Shown here: piece after piece, positions 1-9,071 of the stretch
How positions within the stretch are numbered: the first letter of the stretch is position 1
How the letters are laid out: every line of letters begins with the position of its first letter
Assembly: GCA_905478925.1 (NCBI GenBank)
Contig: CAJQKQ010000020.1
Span: forward strand, 3,291-67,290
Reading direction: 5' to 3'
Length of the DNA stretch: 64,000 bases
Source of the DNA: an uncultured Verrucomicrobiales bacterium
GTDB taxonomy: Bacteria; Verrucomicrobiota; Verrucomicrobiia; Verrucomicrobiales; Akkermansiaceae
Translations under genes and position numbers: made by a program
The notes under the pieces: generated by a model
What the model was told of the DNA's origin: nothing
What the model saw: the letters and a program-made list of their open reading frames with translations, nothing else
Database searches by the model: none

Positions 1-667
1 TGGAAAGTGTGCGGCTCAGGGAAGGATAAGTGAGCGTGTAGGTGCTGCTTCCGCTGGATTCGGACAAGACGGCTTTGGCCTTCACTGCGGAGATGGCTTG
101 GTGGTTAAAGCGGGTGAAGATGGCTCCCGGGATGATCTCGGTTTCGCCGGTGGGGAGTTTCTTCGGATCGAGGCGGAGGGTGATCCAGAGTTCGTCTTCT
201 AGGTGGGTGGAGGGGAGCGTGAGTTTCTTGTCGCCGGCGTTTTCGAAATAGGAGCGGAGCTGCACGGACCAGCTGTTATTTCGGAAATTCGATTGCTGGA
301 ATGCTTGGCCGCACCAGTCCTGGATGGATGTGGTGGATTTGAGGGCGTGGGGGAATTTTTTCAGGTCGATGGGGCGGAAGGTGCTGGTCATCGTGCGGTA
401 GGAGTAGAGGCCGGTATTGAAGGTGGTCAGGGCGTTGAGCTTGAGGACATCGGTGGAGTCGCCCTTGCCGCTCTCGTCCTTTACCTGCTTTCCGATGAGG
501 AATGGTTCGGTGACGAAGATTAGCTCCGCGTGTCCCGGGTGGTTCTTTCCGTAGCGTGATTGGGAAAGCTTGAAGGAGCTGATCTCCGCACCGTTGAACC
601 AGAAATCGCGTATCTTGTCGGCGTGCAGGGGGAGGGCGAGCAGGAGGGAGAGGAAAGCGGTTTTCAT
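1..667 (-). CDS. Secreted hypothetical protein, C-terminal part cut by window edge
   Basis: Own translation of the minus strand from the ATG at 667-665 gives MKTAFLSLLLALPLHADKIRDFWFNGAEISSFKLSQSRYGKNHPGHAELIFVTEPF... and stays open to position 1. It has an N-terminal signal peptide. It is absent from the ORF track because there is no stop inside the window. Confidence 0.6.
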   Translation of the reverse strand, partial: MKTAFLSLLLALPLHADKIRDFWFNGAEISSFKLSQSRYGKNHPGHAELIFVTEPFLIGKQVKDESGKGDSTDVLKLNALTTFNTGLYSYRTMTSTFRPIDLKKFPHALKSTTSIQDWCGQAFQQSNFRNNSWSVQLRSYFENAGDKKLTLPSTHLEDELWITLRLDPKKLPTGETEIIPGAIFTRFNHQAISAVKAKAVLSESSGSSTYTLTYPSLSRTLS

Positions 668-743
668 GGGTGAAAGGTAGCAAAGTCCCGGGGATTTGCG
701 AGAATGCGGGTTGAGTAAATGGTTTTTGGGAGGATGTTCGCGG

Positions 744-1529
744 ATGAACTTACCTTTTATTTGCGGTGTTGCTGGACTTGGATTGGCCTTGGCAGGTTGC
801 GGGAAGCCAGTGGAGAGCTCCGCTGTTGTTGTGGATGAAGGCCGCCAGTTGGTGATGGACTCCATCGCAGCACATGGCGGGACGGAGAAATGGTATGGCA
901 GCGGCCAGCTGCATTTCCGGTGGACGTATCACATGAGCGACAAGGGGCCGGAGGCGGTGGTGGATACGCTGCAGACCGTCGATCCGAAGACGCTGGCGGT
1001 GGTGCATGAGGTGGCTGGCAAGGATATCCGTTTTGGAATAAGTGGAGGCGAGGACTGGATCCGACCGGAGGGCGCTGAGTTCATGCCGCCGCCGCGTTTC
1101 TGGGCGCTGACGCCGTTCTATTTCCTGGGGATCCCGTTCGTCTTCAACGATGAGAATGCGAATTTCGAGCTTCTACCTGACCAGATGGAATTCGAGGGCA
1201 AGGATTACACACAGGTGAAAGTCACTTATGACAAGGCTGCGGGTGATTCGCCGGATGATTACTACGTGCTGCTCCTCGATCCCGAGACGAAACTCACCAG
1301 GGGCGCTTACTACACTGTGACCAGCAAACTCGTCGCCAAGGACGGCCCGGGGCCACCGAAGTTTATCACGCTCGATGATCTCGCGGATGTCGGTGGAGTG
1401 AAGCTCGCCAATGGGCACCGGACTTTCGAGATGGCGGACGGCAAGATCGGGGAGCAGATGCGTTTCACCGAGGTCTCCGGCGTGAAATGGCTGCCGGACG
1501 GGACGGTGGATCTATCTGTGCCGGAGTGA
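744..1529 (+). CDS. Hypothetical lipoprotein
   Basis: ORF 696-1529. The internal ATG at 744 gives MNLPFICGVAGLGLALAGCGKP, a signal peptide with a lipobox Cys. No recognised catalytic motif. Confidence 0.6.
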   Translation: MNLPFICGVAGLGLALAGCGKPVESSAVVVDEGRQLVMDSIAAHGGTEKWYGSGQLHFRWTYHMSDKGPEAVVDTLQTVDPKTLAVVHEVAGKDIRFGISGGEDWIRPEGAEFMPPPRFWALTPFYFLGIPFVFNDENANFELLPDQMEFEGKDYTQVKVTYDKAAGDSPDDYYVLLLDPETKLTRGAYYTVTSKLVAKDGPGPPKFITLDDLADVGGVKLANGHRTFEMADGKIGEQMRFTEVSGVKWLPDGTVDLSVPE

Positions 1530-1571
1530 CGAGGCTTGCGCCAGGCTCTGCCTGAGCGGATCATCCGGGAA

Positions 1572-2471
1572 ATGAAACACCTGCGCTCCACCGTTTTGCA
1601 AGCAGTCTTGGTGGGCTGTCTGTCCACATTTTTCAATATGTCCGCCGTGGCGGCGGAGGCTGAGAAAGTCGATCTCTGGGAGCTAGGCAAGGCACCCGAC
1701 GGGGAGGGCGGTTTCACGGAGGAGGAACCCTTCGTCCTGATCCACCGTCCGGAGAAGCCGAACGGGGCGGCGATGGTGATCTGCCCGGGTGGCGGTTACG
1801 GCGGGTTGGTGATGGGTGCGGAAGGGAATGGTATTGCGGAGTGGTTGGGAAGACATGGGATCACCGGGATCGTGCTGAATTACCGCCTGCCGAAAGGACG
1901 CTCCCATGTGCCTTTGCTCGACGCGCAGCGGGCGATCCGGTTGGTGCGTGCCAATGCGAAGGAATGGGGATGTGATCCTGGCAAGATCGGGATTATCGGA
2001 TTTTCCGCAGGGGGGCATCTGGCATCGACTGCAGCGACGCATTTTGATCTGGGGGAGGGAAAAACGACAGATCCGGTGAACCGCGAAAGTTGCCGCCCGG
2101 ATTTCGCGGTTCTCGTCTATCCGGTGATTACGATGGGGGAGCTCAGCCATGGAGGCTCACGGAAGAACCTCTTGGGCAAGAATCCCACGCCGGAGATGAT
2201 CAAGCTTTTCTCAAATGAGCTGCAGGTCGGTGATGACACGCCTGCCACGTATCTGGCGCATGCCAAGGACGATAAGGTGGTGCCCTGTGAGAACAGCCGG
2301 ATGTTCGATAAGGCCATGAAAGGTCACAGAGTTCCGAGTAAATATCTCGAGCTTCCGTCCGGAAACCACGGACTCAACGGCTACAAGGGGGCGATGTGGG
2401 ATGCTTGGCAGAGTGGCTCGCTCGGATGGCTTGCGAAGCAGGGATTCATTCCGCAGGAAGCGGTGAAATGA
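1572..2471 (+). CDS. Alpha/beta hydrolase (esterase/lipase-type, secreted)
   Basis: ORF 1536-2471, ATG at 1572 (MKHLRSTVLQAVL signal). Oxyanion motif CPGGGYGG, nucleophile elbow GFSAGGH, and a later D and H (AKDD, GNHG). Confidence 0.75.
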   Translation: MKHLRSTVLQAVLVGCLSTFFNMSAVAAEAEKVDLWELGKAPDGEGGFTEEEPFVLIHRPEKPNGAAMVICPGGGYGGLVMGAEGNGIAEWLGRHGITGIVLNYRLPKGRSHVPLLDAQRAIRLVRANAKEWGCDPGKIGIIGFSAGGHLASTAATHFDLGEGKTTDPVNRESCRPDFAVLVYPVITMGELSHGGSRKNLLGKNPTPEMIKLFSNELQVGDDTPATYLAHAKDDKVVPCENSRMFDKAMKGHRVPSKYLELPSGNHGLNGYKGAMWDAWQSGSLGWLAKQGFIPQEAVK

Positions 2472-2602
2472 GTGGAGGGGCTGTTTTGTCGGTGCCGATC
2501 ATCAGGGCGGGGAGTTCCTTTTCCCGGATGAGGTTGGAAACGGTGGTGAGGAAACTTTCCATTTCCGCGAGACTAGCCGACGGCAGGAGCTCCGTTACTC
2601 CC

Positions 2603-3799
2603 TTAGCAGGATTTGCAGAGCGCCTTTTCCTGGAGGGCTTGCATTTCGGCCTCCGAGATTTGAGTGGGATTCGGATAATCGAAGATGCCGCCCTCGTAGT
2701 TGCGTAGCGTGACCTTTGAGCTGTCGGAATCGACGACGTAGTTCGGGTTGACCGGGATTTTCCCGCCGCCGCCTGGGCCATCGATGACGAACTGGGGAAC
2801 GGCGTAGCCGGTGGTGTGGCCGCGGAGGTTCTCGATGATATCGACGCCTTCCGAGACGGAGGTGCGGAGGTGGGAGGAGCCGGTGATGAGGTCGCACTGA
2901 TAGAGGTAGTAAGGTCGCACGCGGCACATGAGGAGCTTGTGGACGAGGGCTTTCTGGATCTCCGGAGAATCGTTGACGCCGCGCAGGAGAACGGACTGGT
3001 TGCCGAGCGGGATGCCGGCCTCGGCGAGTCGCACCAACCCGTCGCGGACTTCGGTGGTGAGTTCCTTCGGGTGGTTGCTGTGGATGGAAATGTACAGCGG
3101 GTGGTGCTTCTTCAGCATTGCGCAGAGCTCGGGGGTGATGCGCTGCGGGAGGAAGATGGGGATGCGGGAGCCGATGCGGAGGAACTGAATGTGCGGGATG
3201 GCGCGGAGGCGGGTGAGGATTTTATCCAATTTCGCATCGGAGAAAAGCAACGGGTCGCCGCCGGAGAGCAAGACGTCGCGGATTTCGGTGTGTTCTTCCA
3301 AATACTGAAAAGCGGCTTCCCAATGGGTTTCGAGTTGTTGCTCGCCGACACCGGAGACGACACGGGAGCGGGTGCAGTAGCGGCAGTAGGAGGCGCAGCG
3401 GTCGGTGACGAGGAAAAGCACGCGATCCGGGTAGCGGTGGACGAGGCCGGGGACGGGCATGTGGGAGTCCTCGCCGCAGGGATCGGCCAATTCCTCGGGG
3501 GCGGTCCAGCCTTCCTCGATGCGCGGGATGACCTGGCGGCGGATCGGGCAGTTGGGATCGTCTTTATCGATCAGGTTGAAGAAGTGCGGGGTGATGGACA
3601 TCGCGAGCTTGGTGCCAGCGAGCAGCACTCCGGCGCGCTCCTCATCGGTGAGGTTGATGCGCGCCTCAAGATCCGCAAGGGAGTCGATGCGGTTGCGGAG
3701 CTGCCATTTTTGGTCGGCCCAGTGCTCCATTGCGGAATCCGGCCAATAGCCGGGTGCGTGGGATAGGAAAGTGGTGTCGAGGTCGCTTGAGGAGGTCAT
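2603..3799 (-). CDS. kamA: KamA-family radical SAM lysine 2,3-aminomutase
   Basis: 398 aa. Radical-SAM CxxxCxxC motif (CASYCRYCTRS), GGDPLL, and overall KamA-like sequence. Confidence 0.85.
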   Translation of the reverse strand: MTSSSDLDTTFLSHAPGYWPDSAMEHWADQKWQLRNRIDSLADLEARINLTDEERAGVLLAGTKLAMSITPHFFNLIDKDDPNCPIRRQVIPRIEEGWTAPEELADPCGEDSHMPVPGLVHRYPDRVLFLVTDRCASYCRYCTRSRVVSGVGEQQLETHWEAAFQYLEEHTEIRDVLLSGGDPLLFSDAKLDKILTRLRAIPHIQFLRIGSRIPIFLPQRITPELCAMLKKHHPLYISIHSNHPKELTTEVRDGLVRLAEAGIPLGNQSVLLRGVNDSPEIQKALVHKLLMCRVRPYYLYQCDLITGSSHLRTSVSEGVDIIENLRGHTTGYAVPQFVIDGPGGGGKIPVNPNYVVDSDSSKVTLRNYEGGIFDYPNPTQISEAEMQALQEKALCKSC

Positions 3800-3844
3800 T
3801 CGTATCTTGTTAGGGCAAATCGGTCGGGCAGGATGGGCGGAGGG

Positions 3845-4750
3845 TCAAGGGCTTTTCGCGAGACGTTGGATGAGCTCGACAAGCCGACCGGTGGATGCGG
3901 CCACCGTAGGGGCGAAGGGTGGCTTGTCGTCTTTTTCGTCCGGAAGGAGTGTGGGGCGGGTGGCGAGGCGGATTGCGGGCAGATCCATTTCGAAGAGGGT
4001 GGAGGCGAGGTCGAAGTCGTCGCCGAGGCATATGACCTCGGCACCGAGGACTTTTCCCAGGCCTTTGAACTCGGCGGATGGGATGGCTGTGGTGTCGCGA
4101 GAGGAGAGGATGAGGGGTTCCGCATCGCCCATGGCTTCAATGCAGAGAATGGCCTTGGGGGCGGCTGCGCCTTTGATCAGATTTGCGACGGCGAGCGCGG
4201 TCTCGACAATCGGTGCGTCGACTTCGTTGGCGTGGGGGAGGAATAGGAAATGAATCGGGCGCGCCGGGGAGAAATCGGCGAGCGCCTGGGCGGCGGCGAG
4301 TGTGGCGGTGAGGCCGCTGGCGTTCTTCTCCGCACCGGGGGAGCCGGCCGGGGAATCGTAGGATGTGAGCAGCCAGACCGGAGAGAGGTTCCTGTTTTCT
4401 GAAGTAACGCTGACCCGGATTATGGGGAAGCCGGCTGGGCCATCGATGGATTTTACGTCGTATCCGGTGTTCGATGGGCCGAGCGTGCCGGCGATCATGG
4501 AGGCCATTGCGGAGAGTTTTTCCGGGGTGCCGGTATTGCGCTCGCCGATGATCTCGATGGTTTTCCTGAGGTCGTCTTCGATGGAGGTGGATGAAACTGA
4601 GCGGGCAAAGCGCTGCTCTTCTTTTATGGCATCCGCCTTCTCATCCTTGAAATATTTCAGCAGTGCGAAACCGGCGGAAACGAAAAGCCACAGTGGTAGG
4701 ATCACGAGCAGCCATAGGATGATGCGGGGCTTTTTTCCGTTACCGGCCAT
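3845..4750 (-). CDS. Membrane-anchored protein with degenerate M28 peptidase-like core
   Basis: 301 aa with an N-terminal TM helix (IILWLLVILPLWLFVSAGFALL). The segment SYDSPAGSPGAEKNASG...IHFLFLPHANE resembles the M28 HxDS/GAxDNxSG/EE motifs, but with the ligand positions changed. Confidence 0.45.
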   Translation of the reverse strand: MAGNGKKPRIILWLLVILPLWLFVSAGFALLKYFKDEKADAIKEEQRFARSVSSTSIEDDLRKTIEIIGERNTGTPEKLSAMASMIAGTLGPSNTGYDVKSIDGPAGFPIIRVSVTSENRNLSPVWLLTSYDSPAGSPGAEKNASGLTATLAAAQALADFSPARPIHFLFLPHANEVDAPIVETALAVANLIKGAAAPKAILCIEAMGDAEPLILSSRDTTAIPSAEFKGLGKVLGAEVICLGDDFDLASTLFEMDLPAIRLATRPTLLPDEKDDKPPFAPTVAASTGRLVELIQRLAKSP

Positions 4751-4756
4751 GAGGGT

Positions 4757-5650
4757 TCAGTATTCGTTGGAGTTTTCCGATGAATCATCCTGTGTTTCAT
4801 CCGGAGCAGAATATACCTCAATCTCTTTGCGCAAGCGCTGGGATAGCCAGGGGCGGATGAATCCGTAGATCAGGTAGGAACTGAACAGCACCACAGGCAT
4901 CACGTAGCGGAACTGGACGGTAATAAAAACAAGAACCACCGCGAGGATGATGGCCGTGTATGTGCCGCGTGTTTTCCAATCGACCGTCTTGAAAGAAGGG
5001 TAGCGCACATCGCTGATCATCAGCCACGACAGGCCGAGCATGGCTCCGGCGAGGACGAATTTCCAGGGGCCGACTTCGTGGTCGTTTTTGTAGAGATCGA
5101 TGATGAGGAAGGTGAGGGATGCGATGAAGCCGGCCGCCATGGGTATGGGTATGCCGCGGAAGTCTGTACCGGCTCCGGGTTTCTTCGGCATCGCCGCAAG
5201 GCAATTGAAGCGGGCGAGGCGCATCGCGCCGCAGACGAGGTAGATGAGTGCGATGGCCCAGCCGACGTTGCCGAGGGGGAAGAGCACGGCGCGGGAGAGC
5301 AGCATGGCGGGGGCCATGCCGAAGGATATGATGTCGGCCAGCGAATCGAATTCCTGGCCGAATGGGGATTCCTGGCCACCGAGGCGAGCGAGGCGGCCGT
5401 CGAGCAGGTCGAAGAGGCAGGATCCGAAGATAAGTAGGATCGCGTATTCGTAGAACTTTCGGGTGATTTCGTAGTATTCCTTTGCGCTCAGTGCGAGCTC
5501 GCCTGAGGCGCGCTGGACTTCGATCTGACCCTTGAAGATCATGAGCACGGCGAAGAAGCCGCAGGCGAGATTGCAGGCGGTCATTAGGTTCGGGAGGAAG
5601 TAGATCTTCGGCTCATCCGGGTCGCGTATGGCGGACATGGGGCGAACCAT
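4757..5650 (-). CDS. pssA: CDP-diacylglycerol--serine O-phosphatidyltransferase
   Basis: CDP-alcohol phosphatidyltransferase motif [26 protein letters not shown] and multiple TM segments. The start is uncertain (ATG 5650 or 5638, TTG 5674). Confidence 0.85.
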   Translation of the reverse strand: MVRPMSAIRDPDEPKIYFLPNLMTACNLACGFFAVLMIFKGQIEVQRASGELALSAKEYYEITRKFYEYAILLIFGSCLFDLLDGRLARLGGQESPFGQEFDSLADIISFGMAPAMLLSRAVLFPLGNVGWAIALIYLVCGAMRLARFNCLAAMPKKPGAGTDFRGIPIPMAAGFIASLTFLIIDLYKNDHEVGPWKFVLAGAMLGLSWLMISDVRYPSFKTVDWKTRGTYTAIILAVVLVFITVQFRYVMPVVLFSSYLIYGFIRPWLSQRLRKEIEVYSAPDETQDDSSENSNEY

Positions 5651-5719
5651 GCACTGCAATGCTCCGGCGCTCAACCTCGAAGAATCGACTGCTGCGGGGC
5701 TGATTTTCGGATCACTCAG

Positions 5720-6094
5720 GTGATTTTTACGGATAATTTCGTTGCAAATACAAAGCCTACGAGAACTGTCGCCATTTTTTTCGCCGCCGCCATTTCAGTC
5801 TTCGCAGCCGAGCCATCCCATATCGTCTTCATGACAAGAGCCGGAATTTACGGTGAGTTGATGAAGTTGCATAGGGTCTCCCTTGCTTTCGAGGGGCCGC
5901 AGAGCTCCGAGGGAGCAACGCCGAATCCTTTCCTCGACTACAGGCTGGATGTCACCTTCAGCCACCCGGAGTCCGGAAAGACCCTGGTGGTGCCCGGCTA
6001 CTATGCGGCGGACGGTTCCGCCGGGGAAACATCGGCGAAATCGGGAAACATCTGGCGGGTGCATAAGAAGTTCACTTGGTTCTCCTCCTTCTGA
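5720..6094 (+). pseudogene. N-terminal remnant of a DUF5060-type (glycoside-hydrolase-associated) protein
   Basis: A 124-aa ORF with a signal peptide, then [12 protein letters not shown]...[13 protein letters not shown]...GNIWRVH, typical of the DUF5060 N-domain of roughly 500-aa proteins. The ORF stops right after this and cbpA begins 110 bp later. Confidence 0.5.
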
Positions 6095-6203
6095 TCCTGA
6101 CAAGGACTGGGTCGTGCTTGTCAGGAAACTTTGAGCTCACGCCGACTGGCGGTTAGACAAAGGCCGGGGAATCTGCCAGCTTGTTGCTGAATATATCGGG
6201 AAT

Positions 6204-7166
6204 ATGGCTGTAGAATTCAGGGATTATTATGAAGTGTTGGGCATCGCACGCGATGCTTCGCAGGCGGATGTGAAGAAGGCGTTCCGCAAGCTGGCTCGCA
6301 TCCATCACCCGGATGTGTCGAAGGACAAGTCCACGGCGGAGGAGAAATTTAAAGAGATCAACGAGGCCTACGAGGTGCTCAGTGATACGGAGAAGAGGAA
6401 GAAATACGATGCGCTCGGCGCGAACTGGAATGGGCAGTCTCCACCCCCTCCGGGCGGTGGTAGGTCTTCCTCCGGTAGCTCGATGCCGGGCGGCGAAGAA
6501 TTCCAGTTCGAAGGCACTGGCTTCAGTGATTTCTTCGAGCAATACTTTTCCGGCGGCGGAGCGAGGCGTGCCGCCGGCTATGGTGGCGGGTATCCCGGGC
6601 AGGGCGGTTCGCGGCGTGGGCAGGACATCGAGGGCGATCTCATGGTCACGCTGGAGGAGGCGTTCCACGGATCGATGCGAACCATCTCGCTCCGCAAGGC
6701 CGATCCGAGGACGGGCCGGGTCGTCACCGACGAGGTGCAAGTGCGTATTCCGGCGGGGATCGGCGAGGGGCAGCGGTTGCGTGTCCCAGGGCACGGCGGA
6801 CAGGGTGCGGGCGGCGGTGCGAACGGCGATCTCTACCTCCGCGTCCGTATGGCAGCACATCCGGATTTCCGTGTGAAAGGGCATGACCTTTTCCGCGACC
6901 TAGAACTCGCACCATGGGAGGCGGTGCTCGGGACAACGCTCGCCGTCAACATTCCTGGCGGGAAATCCGTGCAGGTGAAAATTCCCGCCGGGACAGGCAC
7001 GGGGGATCAGCTCCGGTTGAAAGGCTACGGCCTGCCGAAGAAGGGCGCGCCCGGCGATCTCTATGTCGAGGTTTCGATCGCCACTCCGCCATCCGTGGAT
7101 GCGGAGGAACGCGCCCTTTGGGAAAAGCTCCGCGACGTTTCCAAATTCAAACCAAGGGAAGACTGA
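6204..7166 (+). CDS. cbpA: Curved-DNA-binding DnaJ homolog CbpA
   Basis: J domain with HPD (DYYEVLGI...HPDVSKD), a G-rich linker, no Zn-finger CxxCxGxG repeats, and a DnaJ C-terminal domain. Confidence 0.85.
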   Translation: MAVEFRDYYEVLGIARDASQADVKKAFRKLARIHHPDVSKDKSTAEEKFKEINEAYEVLSDTEKRKKYDALGANWNGQSPPPPGGGRSSSGSSMPGGEEFQFEGTGFSDFFEQYFSGGGARRAAGYGGGYPGQGGSRRGQDIEGDLMVTLEEAFHGSMRTISLRKADPRTGRVVTDEVQVRIPAGIGEGQRLRVPGHGGQGAGGGANGDLYLRVRMAAHPDFRVKGHDLFRDLELAPWEAVLGTTLAVNIPGGKSVQVKIPAGTGTGDQLRLKGYGLPKKGAPGDLYVEVSIATPPSVDAEERALWEKLRDVSKFKPRED

Positions 7167-7167
7167 T

Positions 7168-7455
7168 ATGAAAATGATAAGCCCCGACCCCCACGAAACC
7201 CACCCGATCGAGGTTGTGATCCGCATGACTGGCTCCTCGCGGCGAAAGATTTTTTTCTACTGTCGAAAAGGCGTCGTCTCGCCCGTTCGCCGGAATGATG
7301 ACGACTGGCACTTCGACGAGGAATCGGTGATGCGCCTCCGCCATATCGAGGCGCTGCGCCAGCAGCACCGCATGAATTGGGCGGCGATCCAAACCATCGT
7401 CGGGCTTCTCGACGAGGTGGAAAACCTCCGTGCGGAGCTGCGGTGGAGGAGGTAG
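7168..7455 (+). CDS. cbpM: Chaperone-modulatory MerR-like protein CbpM
   Basis: ATG at 7168, 2 nt after the cbpA stop. The pattern W.FDEESV..LRHIEALRQQHRMNWAAIQTIVGLLDEVENLRAEL matches the CbpM architecture downstream of cbpA. Confidence 0.7.
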   Translation: MKMISPDPHETHPIEVVIRMTGSSRRKIFFYCRKGVVSPVRRNDDDWHFDEESVMRLRHIEALRQQHRMNWAAIQTIVGLLDEVENLRAELRWRR

Positions 7456-7457
7456 GT

Positions 7458-7476
7458 GGGGTGGGGTGGGGTGGGG
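7458..7476 (+). repeat. (GGGGT)n tandem repeat, canonical G-quadruplex motif
   Basis: GGGG T GGGG T GGGG T GGGG read directly, starting 3 nt after the cbpM stop codon. Confidence 0.9.
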
Positions 7477-7561
7477 TGCTAGATTTTAAAGTGGGCTGAC
7501 CGAGCCGGATCAGCCCTACCGTGTGAGAAACACCGATAAAAATCACACCCGGTGAGGTGAC

Positions 7562-7596
7562 TTGACAGTATGCATGATCCGGTGTAAGTGCATACT
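7562..7596 (+). promoter_or_regulatory. Candidate promoter/operator of the vapBC-1 module
   Basis: TTGACA at 7562-7567. A 7-bp inverted repeat (GTATGCA 7569-7575, TGCATAC 7589-7595) ends 2 nt before the antitoxin ATG. Confidence 0.3.
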
Positions 7597-7597
7597 T

Positions 7598-7834
7598 ATG
7601 AAGGCGCGAGTCACGATCACCCTTGATCCCGAGATCCACCGGCTTGCAAAGAAATCGGCGAGCAGGAAAGGGACTTCGGTTTCGGGTCTCATTGAATCCC
7701 TTCTTCAGTCCGAGGTGGGTTCGAAAAAGATTGGTTCAGCCGCACGCCTGGTTGGTAGCGCCGAACTCAGGCGGCCCGCGCTGGGAAGTGACCCGCTGTA
7801 TGATTCGTTGAGTGCAAAATATCTGCGCGGATGA
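7598..7834 (+). CDS. vapB: Type II antitoxin (ribbon-helix-helix, VapB-like)
   Basis: MKARVTITLDPEIHRLAKKSASRKGTSVSGLIESLL is RHH-like. It has a 4-nt ATGA overlap with the downstream PIN gene. Confidence 0.7.
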   Translation: MKARVTITLDPEIHRLAKKSASRKGTSVSGLIESLLQSEVGSKKIGSAARLVGSAELRRPALGSDPLYDSLSAKYLRG

Positions 7835-8220
7835 GAGTGTTGATCGATACGGATGTGCTCCTGGATGTCGCGCTTGCACGAGAACCGCATGTTGCCGCAA
7901 GCTTGGCCGTCCTGGAGTGGGCAGAAAAGGGAGGTGAGGCTGCCGTCGCTTGGCATTCGTTCGCGAACTGTGGCTATCTGCTCAAAAGCGGGAGGCGTTT
8001 CCTGAGAAACCTCCTGGATCTTGTGGAGGTTGCTTCGGTCGGTTCGGATGATGCAAAAGTCGCAATGGGACTGCCAATGGCGGATCTTGAGGACGCGTTC
8101 CAGGCCGCCTCGGCGCTCGCATGGAAGGCCGACCTCATCGTGACCCGTAACCTTCGCGACTACCGAAAGTCTCCGGTTCCCGCCGTTTCACCCGGAGATT
8201 TCATGAAACGTGTCGGATGA
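7831..8220 (+). CDS. vapC: PIN-domain toxin VapC
   Basis: MRVLIDTDVLLDV... with a later acidic residue (LEDAFQ), 129 aa, typical PIN size and layout. Confidence 0.8.
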   Translation: MRVLIDTDVLLDVALAREPHVAASLAVLEWAEKGGEAAVAWHSFANCGYLLKSGRRFLRNLLDLVEVASVGSDDAKVAMGLPMADLEDAFQAASALAWKADLIVTRNLRDYRKSPVPAVSPGDFMKRVG

Positions 8221-8400
8221 AACAGCCGCATCAGCCTTCGGAAATCGCAGGACGATGGTGTGGCAGTAGGTATCGCCGGGTTTGAGTATGCAGGTGAGCG
8301 AAAGGAGAAGGAATAGGGTTATCTGGATCCTGTGGAGGGAACCCTAAGGAAATGCGCGGTCTTTCAATAACGGCAAATTCCCGCGATCCGGATGCGTCCC

Positions 8401-8613
8401 TTATTTCCCGCCGAAGAGTCCGGAAAGGCTACCGAGCATGCCGCCCAGTGCGCCGAGATCAGGCTTCTTGCCGGCCAAGACGTCGTCGATGGCGGAGTGG
8501 ACTTGTCCCGGAAGCTTGGTTTTTGCAAAATCGGCAACGGTTTCGATCACCTTGGTGGCCATTTCCTCGTCCATGCCGAGTGATGAGAGCTTTGTCTTGA
8601 GTTCGTCGATCAT
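8401..8613 (-). CDS. Small hypothetical protein (helical, Gly-rich tail)
   Basis: ATG at 8613 gives MIDELKTKLSSLGMDEEMATKVIETVADFAKTKLPGQ...GGMLGSLSGLFGGK. The longer ORF to 8670 would overlap the tRNA. Confidence 0.45.
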   Translation of the reverse strand: MIDELKTKLSSLGMDEEMATKVIETVADFAKTKLPGQVHSAIDDVLAGKKPDLGALGGMLGSLSGLFGGK

Positions 8614-8631
8614 ATCTTTGAAGGGAAAAGA

Positions 8632-8713
8632 TACCGGGGACAGGACTCGAACCTGCACATCAAAAGACACCTGATCCTAAGTCAGGCGCGTCTACCAATT
8701 CCGCCACCCCGGC
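8632..8713 (-). tRNA. tRNA-Leu (anticodon TAG)
   Basis: Hand-folded cloverleaf of GCCGGGGTGGCGGAATTGGTAGACGCGCCTGACTTAGGATCAGGTGTCTTTTGATGTGCAGGTTCGAGTCCTGTCCCCGGTA. It has a 7-bp acceptor stem, anticodon stem CCTGA/TCAGG with loop CTTAGGA, a long variable arm, T-loop TTCGAGT and discriminator A. CCA is not encoded. Confidence 0.9.
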
Positions 8714-8957
8714 GTTGAAGGGGGAGCTTGGACTCTTATTGCCGCAACGGCAAGAGCGCAGATTGCCAGATTTGGGACTCCCTCATATTGGGATGGCGAC
8801 GCTTTTTCTGACATATTTCAGAAACGTCTAATCGCGAATGCAGCCGAAAGGGCATACAGAGGCCGGTGGGCACGAAATTCCCAGGAAAGGGGGCGCAAAT
8901 GGAATTCCACCCAAGAATTCGTCTGCGCTGTGATCAAATAGATGACAAACCACTTTC

Positions 8958-8989
8958 CATTTGCGTTCATTTGCGTCCATTCGCGGTTG
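8958..8989 (+). repeat. Degenerate copy of the GGATGNACGC-type REP-like repeat
   Basis: CATTTGCGTTCATTTGCGTCCATTCGCGGTTG resembles the 12821-12851 arm (ATCCGCGTTCATCTGCGTCCATCCGTGGTTC), with several C-to-T differences. Confidence 0.55.
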
Positions 8990-9071
8990 AATTATTCGAA
9001 ATGAGGTAGTTTTGTTGCCCGGAGCGGGGGGCGAAATTTGGGGAGACAATTGGCGCTTGGCGGGGCATTCT

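Noticed and set aside
2446-2602. Minus-strand reading frame downstream of kamA encoding ...LAEMESFLTTVSNLIREKELPALMIGTDK..., which looks protein-like
   Set aside because: It is only about 50 codons, with no credible start or RBS, and it is in a different frame from kamA. It may be a remnant of a lost gene, but I cannot support a call.
2816-3766. 316-aa ORF on the + strand
   Set aside because: It is entirely antisense to kamA. The composition is rich in G, A, D, V and R, typical of shadow frames in GC-rich genes. No motif.
8221-9071. Possible integrated island next to tRNA-Leu
   Set aside because: There is no integrase, no direct repeat of the tRNA 3' end, and the flanking genes are small ordinary ORFs. 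Only the vapBC module lies nearby.
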